The translations under genes were made by a program, and so were the position numbers. A model generated the notes under the pieces. It was not told where the DNA came from and did not search any database. It saw only the letters and a list, made by a program, of their open reading frames with translations. DNA of 58,582 nucleotides, the filler included, from Jimgerdemannia flammicorona (Eukaryota): assembly GCA_003990765.1 (NCBI GenBank). It is 3 parts of 3 records of this genome, joined end to end, with 100 filler letters (N's around TTAATTAATTAA, not from the genome) between each part and the next. Parts side by side here need not be neighbours in the genome. Positions count along the whole stretch, not along the records: positions 1 to 19,463 come from RBNJ01001933.1; 2 more parts are not named here. One strand, written 5' to 3'. Of this stretch, positions 1 through 11,772 are shown piece by piece. Each line of letters begins with the position of its first letter. Position 1 is the first letter of the stretch.

Positions 1-3000
1 TTCTAATGAAAGACCACTTTGTCTAACACAATCTCCACCCTCCCACCACTCTGCTCACAGATCCTTACCACCAAACTACAATGTTGCCCCCCTGAGGACC
101 CCAACCCACCCACCATCCAGTCAGCAGATCCTCCAACAGCTCCTCCCACCTTAATGCTTTCTTCTGCAGTCCCATCTATTACTTCTCCTCAAATATAAAA
201 AGCCAATATCCTACCAGTCCCACCCACACTGCTAACACCCACCCTACAGTGAGCCAACTATTACCCACCCCACCTACTAGCCAAGATCTCAAGTCCTTCC
301 AGTGGCCCCCCTCACCTGCTGGCCTTTGCTCTACACTCAGTCTATTCCCTATTTCTATCCAAAAGTCCCCCAAAACATCATATTCTCCCAACCAATATTC
401 CAGCATCTGTATAAGACCCCCAGCTTGCCCTATATTATAATACTCCTCACAATCAAAATGGCCACTGTCCACCAGATGCCTAGTGCAGAAATTCAACATA
501 ATATTCCTCCATAGCATTCACCACCATACTACCTAGAACTTGGGAGGAAGCCACCTCTACACCTTAGTACTCCAGGACCAGATACCTGCCCAGTCCCACT
601 CCTTGCTGATCCCTGCTGCCTGCCAGCCACTTGGCTAAAGATCCTGGCCAAGGCCCTGCTGACACTCCACTCCATTCCCAATATTAAATGTAGCAAGTGG
701 AGTATCCCCCAGGAGCAGTCTATTCTATTGCCACATATCAGGCCCCCCCACTACCTCCCCCTCATTGCCCTGCCAGTATAGACCAATTCAGTATGCTCCA
801 TTTACCACTCCCCACCAAAAGCCCTTAAACCATAGCTGCTGATTTCTATTCAGCCCTATCAAAGAGAGCAGATCTCCTGAAGACCCCCAAGGGGAGGTTC
901 TCATCTCCCACACCTTCTGCAGCAGAGGCACCCAACCTTCTCCCTGCAGTTCAGCAGCTCTCTTCAACCACTAAGCTTGCAAGCAGTACAACCTCTTAGG
1001 GAAATCCACAAGGCCAAGACCTCCCCTGACCACTGGTGTTGCAAGAGCATCCCAACTGATCTGGGACCTCCTCTCTGCCCAAATCCAATCTCTAGCCACC
1101 TTTATCAGCCTCTTCACCACCCAAGCTAGAAAGTCTAGGTGATAGGCCATATACCATAGCTTGGGGAATCAGTATACATTCAGAATTGACACCTACCCCA
1201 CTAGAGAGATATGGTGGCCACTCCAACCTCAAAGGGCCTCCCCCCAAATGGTCACCCTGCTCTCTCACCACACTCATGGTAAGACAGAACTATATATAGA
1301 AAGGAAGATGCCCAGATACCGCACCACCTCACCAGTAGGGACAATTGTTCCAATAATGTCCCCACCCACTAACCCATTCCTTAGCACCATTGTCTCACAC
1401 TTATATCAGTTGAGCTTCACCTCAGAGTAAGTCTCATACCATTCCACTGTCTCCTTAAGTGCCTTGACATCTGCCACAGACCTAAGTCCAACCACCATAT
1501 CATCAGCAAAGGCCCCCACCTTCCACACTATACCATATATAGAGAGCCCTGCTATCTTCTGATGAATCCTATCCATCAATGGCTCCAATGATAGGACATA
1601 GAGAATAGGGGACAGAGGGTCTCTCTGAGAAACTCCTCTTCCCAAGGAAAATGCCAGACCTCAGTGATCATTATACATTAGCACCACCTGACTGCTCTCT
1701 AGCAGATTCAATATAGAGGTCTGAAATCTTGGGGGAACACCAATTCGATCCAACACCTTGCCCAGCCAAACCCACCATATATGGTCATAGGCCTTCTCCT
1801 GGTCCAAAAAGACCAATCTTCCATCTAGTCCACAAGCCCAGGCCCCTTCAATGACACTATGCACCCATGCAGTCCCATCCCTTATAAGTCTGTCTCTAAC
1901 AAAGCCCTGCTGCTCCTCCCCCAGCACCTGTTGGACAACTTTCTGCAACCTTGCAATAATCACCTTAGTCACTATCTTCCTGTCCATATCCAGGAGCATG
2001 ATCAGTCTCCAGTTCTTCCAGTCTTCCCTCCTCCCCTTGTCTTTGTACAATAAGGCCACCAGCCTGAGGTCCTGCTCTCCAACCCACTCACCACTCTGAA
2101 GAACATGGTCACAGAGCACTGCCATTTTACCCAAAACTCCAGGGACCTTTACCATTTTCTTCCAGAAGTCCCACAGTAACCCATCCTCCCCTAGCACTGT
2201 TCTAAGTTTAGTTGCTGCAAGGCCACTCTGAATCTCCTCTCCTTGCACCAGTAAGATCAAGTTACCCAGTCTGGCTACTAGTGGTGGCCCCCACTCCTCT
2301 AGTGTATTTGCAATTGCTGTCTCATCAGCACCCCCTTCTCTCTCACTCCACAAACCCTATCATCTCTCCTTCAAAACCCCTAAGTTGTTATATGCCATAT
2401 ACCATATCCCCATTGGCATCTAGGACTCCATCCCACCAATGCCACACCCTTCTAGCTTTGAGGAGTCTTGATAGGTACCTAGTAGGCCACTCACCCTCCT
2501 CAAGCCCCTACCACTATAGCCTAGCAGCCATCTCTCACATATGAGTCTCCTCCTCTTCTCTCAACACCTATTATAGTTCTACTATCTCTAATTTTGCCTA
2601 CTCTATCCTCCAATCCTCTACCCCATCAGAAGTAAGCAAATCTGCCCAATCCATTTGCAGTCTCCTCAGCCTGCTGGAAGCACACCCTGTGCACTTCCTC
2701 CTCTATCTCCCAGCTTCTCTACCAGCCTCTCCCCAATAGACCCTCACAGTCTCTTTCAATCTCATCCAACAGACACCCACAGACAAACCCTCATGCTTCT
2801 ACAAAGAAACCTTCACCTGAATGTCCTCTACTCATGAATCCCACAACCCCTTCTTAGCCAGCAGGGAGGAGTTAAGGTGCCAATGTCCAGGTCCATCTCC
2901 ACTTCCCCCAAACTGCCCCTGCCTCAACAGTCCCCAGTGATCAGACCATAGGCACCACTCCACCTCCAATGCCTTCCAAACATCTGAACCCCAGCACTCT

Positions 3001-5754
3001 GCTATCAGAATTCAGTCAATCCTTGTACCCAAGTCATTTACCTAATGTGTGTAGACCCTGGTATTGCCCCATCAAGTTCAGCCCATATCCCCTAAGAAGC
3101 TCAACTTCTCCACCTCTTCCCATGCATCCAGACCTCCACTTCTCCCTCCTGCACTCCTCTCTCCATCAGTTCTGTCTAGATGCTGATCCTGAACTATATT
3201 AAAGTCTCCACTGAGAACATTGACCTCTTCCTCCAAGAGAATACTCTCCTCCAGCAGCTCCTTAATCTACGCAGTCCTCTCACTCCTAATAGTGGGGCAG
3301 TAGCAAGAGCCAATCTTCACTGACTCCCACCCTGGCTGATGCCAATCTCCCCAGACCAAGCAATCACTCCAGCTCCTGATTCCCCCCAAGTCTCCTCTAC
3401 CCTTCCTTACCAGAATCGCTACTTTTCCAAACCAAGCAGTAGTCCCACCCCATTCCCTAGTCCATTCTACCTGATTATCCTCATCCTCACACCGAACATT
3501 CTGTAGTAAGAAGAGATCAGCCTCCAATCCCTTGAGCTAAGTAAAAATGTTCTTATGCTGCCCAGATCTCCTTAACCCATTCACATTCAAAGAGAAAATG
3601 TTAGTTATACTGTTCATAAGAAATAATGATATATAGTGATCCTATCCTCTACAAGTCTGCATTCAGCTCCTCCTGCACCAAGTCCAAGTCATGTTCAGTA
3701 GCTAGTTCCCTTTCTCCAGCTTCCCATGCCTCCAACTCTCCCAGAAGTTCAACTATCACCCCATCTTCTTACTCCTCAAAGTCCTAATGATACTTTAGAT
3801 AGGTCTCTTGCCAGAGCTGCAAACCATGACACTCTGCCCAACAGTAGGCTGCCCACTCACCAGCGACCACCACTAGCTCTGCCTTCCTTACCTCATCAAT
3901 CTCATATCCCTTCTCCTCTAGGAAGATCATAAGAATCTCCACCTTCAGTACCTCTACCACTCCATTGTCATGCAGAATCCACACCCAATGCTCCTCAGGT
4001 ATTACTCATAGGTTCACTTCTCCCAATGCCTCTGCTGCGAGATTATCTATCACCTTGCTCATCTACAACAAGTTCCCCACCTCTTTCCCTCCTGGAGTCC
4101 CTGGCCACCCTGTATCCAACATCATGGTGTTAGCTCCTACACTGACAGTCTCATCCCACTTCTCCTCAGGGACATCCACCAGCTCATCCTCACCAACTGC
4201 CACCACCTGGCCCCCTTTCTCCACATTGGGGACCCCAAAGTGCACTCACTGGGCCCCCTACATCAGTACATCCTCTGTTGTCTCTCTCTTCACAGCTGGG
4301 CCCCTTCTGATAAGAGAGGGGGGAGTGGTATCTAATTCCTGCTCCCAGACCTCAAATGTACCATTAGTATAGAGGTCCTTGCTCAGCACCTTCCCAGCTC
4401 CTTTCTTGCCTGCCTCTACCTCCCCTTCTCCTTTCCTGGCCCAGACACTGGCTTTGACTCCCCCAGATACCTCAGCTCCATCTGCCTTCTTCTTAGCCCC
4501 ACTGCTCATACTTGCCAACAACTCTCTCTGCCACTTACACCCCTGGGCCCACTCCCACTGCCCCTTGTTAGTTCGAATCCTCTTTCTATCAATAATCTCC
4601 AGATATATTGACTCCTCATACAACTTCCAGGCCTTCACCCTCCTTTCAACAGCACCACTCAACTCTTCCAGTACCTCTAATAAGTTCTCTTCCTCCTCTT
4701 TATTCCCTTACACCCTTGATACCTTATAGACAAAAGCCCGCCACATCAACACTGAGGGCCAGTTGCTCGCCTTCCCAGTGGCCTTCTTTCCTACCAGTCT
4801 AATCCTCATCTCTACATCATCAGTTCTAATAGAGGTCCCCTCCCACACCTAGAAACTGATATCCACCACATTGCCATACTCTGCCATCATCTCCTCCACT
4901 CTCCTCCTAGTCTTCTCCTTTGTCACAGTAGGCACCCCCTTCACCAGCAGCTGCACCACCCTGGGGTCCCACCTTAGGCAGTGCATTATGGGGACTACTA
5001 CCTTGCCAACCACCACTCCAGACTTCAGTATCTCATCCAGTGGGCCTGCCTTCTCAAAGCCCACCTCGACTCCCTCCAGGTCCTTCAGGAACTTCACTGA
5101 GGCCACTCTAGCCATCTACTTTGAGATAAGCCCCAAGACTATCCTCACCATCACCACCAAGTCTCAGAAGCACAGTGTTACTGCAAACTCCGAAATTGAC
5201 TTTCTGAGTAATGGTGCCACCCAGCCCCATCATACTATCAGTCAGGTCTCCCTTCTGCATCAGGAACCCCTGCTCCACACCACCATTAGCTGTTACATCT
5301 CTTTTTTTTTCCTGATTGCCCATCATACTACCATCAGCAGTCCTATCCCCAGCCACCACACCTCTAGCACCTATGCTTGCATTCCCCCCCTGAGCAACTC
5401 CCCCCCTCTCTAGACTTGCCTTGCCCTTTCCTACTGCAGCACCAGCCCTAGTCCCAGCCGACCACCCACTCTCCTTCACCTTCTCCACAAAACTTGGAGG
5501 GCCAGACCTCTCCCATAGCTACCAGACACCAGTCCACCTCTAGAGCCCCCACCACCCTTCGACTCTCCAAAGGCCCCCATCCCCAGGCCATAACCCCTCC
5601 CTACATACTGCTAGCTGAAAGCCCCAGGTCCACCTGATCCAGCACACTCAGCAGAACTCTTGCTCGATGATATTGTTATAATACCTTTCCTCCAAGTTGT
5701 GTTGAAAAACTATTACTTAAAGTTTGTGTAACATGAATTGTACCAGAGAAAGGT
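1..5754 (-). mobile_element. Degenerate non-LTR retrotransposon (L1/Tx1-like LINE), 3' end cut by the contig edge; ORF1 ~5660-3640, ORF2 (APE endonuclease + RT) ~3617-1
   Basis: RT motifs WRLIMLLDMDRK, QQGFVRDRLI, FLDQEKAYD, RGVSQRDPLSPILY and AFADD; endonuclease start FSLNVNG and DLFLLQ. Many stops. Colinear with 39127-44987. Confidence 0.93.
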
Positions 5755-6488
5755 ATATATATAAATACTCTCTATACTAAGTATATTATAACCTTAGCTC
5801 TACCTTCTCTAAATATAAGAATAAAGAAGTATTTTTATTAAAAAACTCTGAGATCTGACTTATTAATAATTCTAAGTCTAATCAACTTAGAATATAAGTA
5901 TAGTATCTCTATTAGTATAAGAACCTAAAAGTAATACTTAGACTATACTATTACAATAAACAATTGAAACTTAGTACTTTTTTATAAGATCTTAGAATTT
6001 AGGGCTAATAGTTATTTTGATTATTTATAATATATATATTAATTCTATTAATATATAGTTTTATTATAATTTAGTAGTAGTAGAAGTTACTCCTATCTAT
6101 GAGTAAGCTTCTTTTAAGGAATCTATCTAAATATAGACAATTTAGTCAATATTATTAATATTATGTATTAATAATAATAAAAAAACATCTTTACTCTAGC
6201 TACTCCTCAGAACTAAGCTAAAGTAGTTAATAGAATCATTACTAAGTAGACCAAGACTCATACCAGTTAAGAAGAATTTGATAGACTTAATAACAAAATA
6301 TCTAAGAAGTATTTGACACATTTATTATATTTAATAAAAAAGTTATCTATATTTAAGAAGTTAGAGAAGAATTCAAAAAATTAATTAGTAGCTATTTTTT
6401 ATAAAAAATATATAAGAGAATCTATTAAAGCTATAAGTAAATATTTTCTGAAATTTCTCTCTAATAATTATTATTACAAAGTCAAGAC

Positions 6489-6826
6489 TAATACTCCTAA
6501 ATAAATTGAATCAATTTGAATTAAATTAAATTAAGAGTCATTCAAATCAAATCAAATTGGGGATTTTTCAATTTAAATAAATTTTAAATTAAATTAAATT
6601 TAAATTGAATTAAGGGTCCAATTTGAACTCTATTTTTAGAAATATAATATCTTAATGAAAATATATCTAAATTTAATGATTTTTAGCTTATTAGATCACC
6701 TTATATAAGAGAATCTAATAAGCTAAAGATCATTATATTTAGATATATATTTGTCAAGTTATTATATTTTAAAAAATAAAGTTTAAATTAAATTTTAACC
6801 TTTGATTCAATTTATTGGAAGCACTA
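6489..6826. mobile_element. Decayed hAT-type MITE, same family as 16343-16766
   Basis: Termini taatactcctaa...ttggaagcacta; flanks gtcaagac/gttaaggt form an 8-bp TSD differing only by transitions; same internal palindrome. Confidence 0.75.
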
Positions 6827-7295
6827 GTTAAGGTCTTTCTGAACTATAAGAGATATTATACTAACTAAAGAAAATCTTACCTCTACTACTAAGTTCTCTA
6901 TATATAAGTAAAGATAATTCAATAATAAGGATTACAAACCATTAGATTTAGTGAAGTTTCTATTATATCATTTCAACCTAAGAGAATAGTTGAAGAAATA
7001 TCTAAACCTAATATTAATAGCCCTAGTACTGCTATATAAACCCACTACTAAGAATATTAAGTTTATAAAAATTACTATAAAAGACTTAATAATAGCTCTA
7101 TCAAAACCATCAACCTACAGACTAGTCACCAAGTTTACCCATCTTAGTAATATTATAGAAAAAATACTATATATTATACTATCTCTAAAGTAATAATACC
7201 TAAAAGAAAACTACCACTATTTTACTGTATATAAGTAATAAGAATAGTAGAATAACATTAGCTATACTTAGTACTATCAATAAATCAAATGTCTA

Positions 7296-7620
7296 TTTTT
7301 TTTTTTTTTTTTTTTAATAAACTCAAGGTTCTGCAGATTTTTATTAGAAGAGAACTTAGACTATAGACCAAACCCCCCTCCCCTACCACTCATCGAGCAC
7401 TACTCTCTTATTAAATCTAGACTAGTTATTATTTAGTAGCTTAACTATACCAGATACAGTAGGGTCTAATATGATCTATATCTCATTCTGTATACTATAC
7501 ACTCCCTATTACTAGGGGGAACTTGACCATATACCAATAATCAAAGATATATGTCCAAAACCCCAATATATGTATAAAGCTACACTTGAGCCAAATAGAA
7601 TAGTTTCTGCCACCCTAAGT
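7296..7620 (-). mobile_element. Short 5'-truncated LINE 3' end with poly(A) tail
   Basis: Poly-T run at 7296-7315 followed by sequence resembling the LINE 3' end at ~23300-23600 in reverse. Confidence 0.45.
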
Positions 7621-7624
7621 GGAA

Positions 7625-8490
7625 ATAATAGATAAAAAAAAACTCTTTTTAAGATACAGAATAGTGAGTAGGATCTAGTTATCTCAAGTAAGATGAGTAG
7701 AGAACTTATATGTAAGATATTAGAAGACCCCCAATACCCCACTACTCAAGCTTATAGACCTTGATCATATTACTATATTAGCTCTCAGTTCTAGTTGAGT
7801 ATAGTCAAGATGCCTGACCTAGATAGTCTTGAGTCCCCAGTCACCTCCAATGACTGAAGCCTAACTCCACAAATTGCCAAAAGCAGCTGAGAGTGATATC
7901 TACTACCTAACCACTCCATACTAATCAAAAGGCCCCACCAAAGCAGTACCTACCTTAGCCCTGATGACTACCCCCAGTCTAGTACCCTACTAGTCCACTA
8001 TTATCACTCTTTCTCCTATATATCTGTAATGGCCATCTCTTCTTCTATCTCAATACCATCTGAAAAACAGTTATCTATGTTAGAACTATACTCACTGAAA
8101 AGCTCACCAAAGCCAGAGGGCTCTACCACAGATACTAAAAACCTGCAGATAATCTATACTGAGTACTTAACACCCAAGGTTGGTCAACTCTCTACATAAT
8201 TCATAATATACTAAGATGATACCTTATTGATAATAGTAAAAGAAGAAGGTACTGCACTAAACAAGTATATTCTAGATATAGCTAAAGGTACCAGAAACTA
8301 TAAAAAAGTAAAGAAGATACTAATCAGATACTGATAAAAGAGCAACTCATCACCATTGCCCTCCTCCCACTGTACTTATACAGATATAGCAAACTACACT
8401 AGGGTAGAGAGTGAGAAGTTAGGAGAAAGGAGACCCAGATAGTTACCTATCAAAACCATGTGACCAGTATAGTAGTAAAGAAAGGAGCTG
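7625..8490. repeat. Unclassified interspersed repeat, copy 1
   Basis: Colinear with 23627-24465 (e.g. gtagagaacttatat, agatgataccttattgataatagtaaaag, gcaactcatcaccatt). Confidence 0.8.
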
Positions 8491-8509
8491 TCTGATAAAT
8501 CAAAGATCT

Positions 8510-8625
8510 AATTCAATTTGATTCAATTTGAACTAATTTAAATTAAAATAATCCCAATTTAATTCAATTTGAATGACTCTCAATTCAATTTAATTCAAAT
8601 TAATTTAATTTATTTAAGAGTACTA
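8510..8625. mobile_element. Terminal fragment of the hAT-type MITE
   Basis: attcaa repeats ending taagagtacta, the decayed form of gggagcacta. Confidence 0.6.
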
Positions 8626-9049
8626 ATTATACTTATTCAAGCTCTTTATCTTAGTATTAAAATAAATAAATCTACAAAATACCTCTGACTCACATTATTT
8701 AAAGATAAAGCAAACCAAGTAACAATATTTATAAGATAAGTTAATACTAATTATCATGCCAATAGATAGAATGATAATCAGAATCCAGACAGCACTCTCA
8801 CCAATAATGAGTATATGAGATTAAAAATATCTATATAATTGTAGACTCATAAGTAGAAAAGTTATAATCTATTTCACAGATACAGCTGCTCTGTAGTAGT
8901 ATAATTTCTCAGTACATCCTCTTATCTAAAAAACTCATACTAAAATTAATGCAAGTAAAGGAGATAATAATTATCATAACTATGAAGTCTACCTAGCTAC
9001 TATAGGTCTAAAGAAGCTAATAATCTAGTAGTTCTATAGCTCTATCTAT

Positions 9050-10578
9050 TGTAGCGGTGACCCCAGAATGATGACATCAGTACAGGAGACAGTCTTTCTT
9101 TACAAGCCACCAGATCGGAGTATAAGAAGATCATACAGCGTATGAGATGAGCAATGATGACCAACTGTGAGTCATTGTGACCACAGCACAAACATTCTGA
9201 AGAATATAAAAGAAGGATTAAGGAACTACAGTAGTAGCAACCAATAAGAACCACCAATCCCAAAATAGCTCAAAGACTTATCACAAACAAAATGCCTGCT
9301 GCCTGCCAAACCTCAAGGTCAAGGAATTATCAAGGTATCTCGGTCGAGAAAAGGATGTTCCAAGACATCAGAAGAGCCATGAGGACCCACTCAAGAAGGA
9401 CTCCTAGTGTCAACCTGGGTACTGCAGACCCTTATCACTTTATCCTCTACTGCCGTGAAATGGAAACAAGGATCACCATTGCCACCGAATGCCTCTAAAT
9501 GTGGCAGAAATACGAAATAGGAAACCTCCTCTATTGGGAGTTCCCACAGGCCAGCCCTCAAGAGCTACAAGATGCCACTCCTATGGACTTACGTGAGGTA
9601 AGGACAGCAAAGAAGATTCATCAGATCTTCAGGCATGCACCATGGTCGATTCTCAACTTGGAGTATGTTAGAGTCTCAGACTTCAGAGACCTGTCATCCC
9701 ACCGTATCAATGCACTAGAAGCCAGGGTAGCTACAGAAGCCCAGTCCACTATCACCCTCAACAGCGAAGAAGTAGAAGACTTCTGGCACCTTATCCTTTA
9801 GGACAACCCAGACCAATTCCCACAAGGATTAATCTCAGTATTCCAAGGCCCAAGTATCTGGGTTAGATCTCCCCAAGACCCCACATTTGTCCCCTATTTT
9901 GTGGAAGAGAACCTCATAGACTGGAGAGCTCCAGACCTTGTTCCCGATTTTCCTGTCACCCCCGAACGTGATGACATCATCGATGACATCATCCCGTGCA
10001 ACATTGAAACACGCGAAAATGATGAAGTATGCGAGACACGCGACCTACATGATGAATTTGCAGACCTCATCTCCTTCAGTAATGATGATGATAATGATGA
10101 TGAAGCTCCCATGATCCTAAACTTTCTGCTCTAAAAGTTCTTTGTTATACTGGATAATGCCAGCACCAGTATTCTTATGTAACACTGAATAATGCCAGCA
10201 CTGGTATTCTGAGGTGATGCGAAATTGTTCTAGCACTGGTATTTTGATGTGGTACTAAATAATGCCAGCCCTAAAACTTAGTAGTTTTAGTTATTGGAAT
10301 TTATATTTAGCTTTATATCTTAACAACTATTGAATTATATTTTGTATAAATACCTCTCTTATTTTCTCTGAAATAAAGTCAGTTCTACTCAGTGCAATAT
10401 ACACACTTCCTTGCAAGCAATCTAAGAGATAACAAGACAGTTAAAGATAAGAAGTTTGAGGACTATAAGATCTTGGGAAGGCACTCCAATAAGAACTTGC
10501 TTATAACAACTTGAGTTAGTCTAAGAGATATACCTTGAAGAGAATCTGGCATATTTGAAGGACTCAGCGACCACTACA
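9050..10578 (+). mobile_element. ~1.53-kb LTR (probably solo) of an LTR retrotransposon, copy 1
   Basis: TGTAG...CTACA inverted termini mark exactly where similarity to 15174-17160 starts and stops; TATAAA at 10345 and AATAAA at 10372 give a U3-R-U5 layout. No clean TSD. Confidence 0.8.
9292..10134 (+). pseudogene. LTR-encoded ~280-codon protein of unknown function with acidic C-terminus
   Basis: ORFs 9292-9498, 9499-9801 and 9901-10134 share one frame, broken by two point stops; the second stop is GAG in copy 2. Confidence 0.8.
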
Positions 10579-11030
10579 TGACACTATATTGCTAAAGCCA
10601 GAACTAAGCTCAAGAATCTCTAATTCTATAATGATAAAAAAGAAGACCTAGAAGTATTTGTAACAAAATTAAAAATCCTCCTAAATAATATATAAATAGA
10701 ATATAGTTAATGAAAACAGACTATAAATAGAACCAGAGTAGCATACTTCTTTAATGCTATCTCTAGATAATTATTAGAGATGATTCAAAAGTAAGAATAA
10801 TCCTACAACTATCTATATAAGTAATGATATCTGGAATAAGCTGTTATCAGAATATATACTATTTTAATAACTTAAAGACTAAGAGACAATAGAAATAACA
10901 ACAAAGGAGACAAGCAATATCAATTTAAAAAAATCTTCAAAATTATAAGAAAGATTCAAGAAATTATCTAATAAGGAAATAGAAGAACTTATAAAGAAAG
11001 AAGTATTAGATTATATAATAAATTCTCAAT
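10579..11030 (+). mobile_element. Heavily decayed gag-like remnant
   Basis: Residual reading KLKNL*FYNDKKEDLEVFVTKLKILL resembles a retrotransposon gag; very AT-rich. Confidence 0.3.
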
Positions 11031-11039
11031 ATAATCTTT

Positions 11040-11772
11040 GTGGTTTTTTTTTGGAGAAATGCATTTAGTAATATATTATCATATTAGAGTTTAGAGAAGT
11101 ATACTGGACAGAGAGGCCCTAGTGCATTTGACTGATAGTATGTAGGGCAGAGATATAATATAAAAGAAGGTCTCTGAGCCTTTATGAGAATGAGAGCAGA
11201 CAGAAAAAGGTAAGAGATCTGGTAGAAGTAGGCTGAAGACTGAGAGAATGAGCTTTGCTAATAAGATTAGGCAGAGAGAGCATTAGCAAGATTAGATAGA
11301 TAGTTGTAAAGGAGGAAGGAAAAGGCATCAGCTGAAGAATCTAGAGGGACTGCTCTGGGAGTATAGTGACTAGAGAGGAGAGAGAGACTGCTGATGGAGA
11401 TATAACTACTAATCTGAAAAAAAAATTCAAATATAATAGCTAATGGAGGTCCAGAACTGATAGATGATATAAGGTCTGAGGACTTAGTCAATAGTATAAT
11501 GAGCTTGATGATAGTACTGTTACTTAAGAAATTAGTATTAAAATTTACAGTCATACATATTATACTTCTAGAGCTTAGTAGTTACAGCAAAGTTGATTCT
11601 AAGACTACTGATCCAATAGGTGAAAGGAGTGGTCTCAGTGAAGTTTCTGAAGAGACTAGAGGAGATTAAGATAGACTTTGAGAAAGAGGGCCTAATATTG
11701 GAGGTACTAGAGAAGAGAGTAGTAGTTAAGAGAGTAGTGATCTCTATAGTAAGATATCTGTAGTAATAGGTA
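11040..11772 (+). mobile_element. LINE 5' fragment (5' UTR and start of ORF1)
   Basis: Direct repeat of ~11830-12545; related to the reverse complement of 4950-5700. Confidence 0.75.

Noticed and set aside
249..5413. Many plus-strand Ser/Pro/Leu-rich ORFs (also 39411-44912)
   Set aside because: Antisense shadows of the minus-strand LINE ORFs.
5755..6488. Very AT-rich tract (also 6830-7290, 17161-17730)
   Set aside because: Probably extremely decayed TE sequence; family not identifiable by eye.
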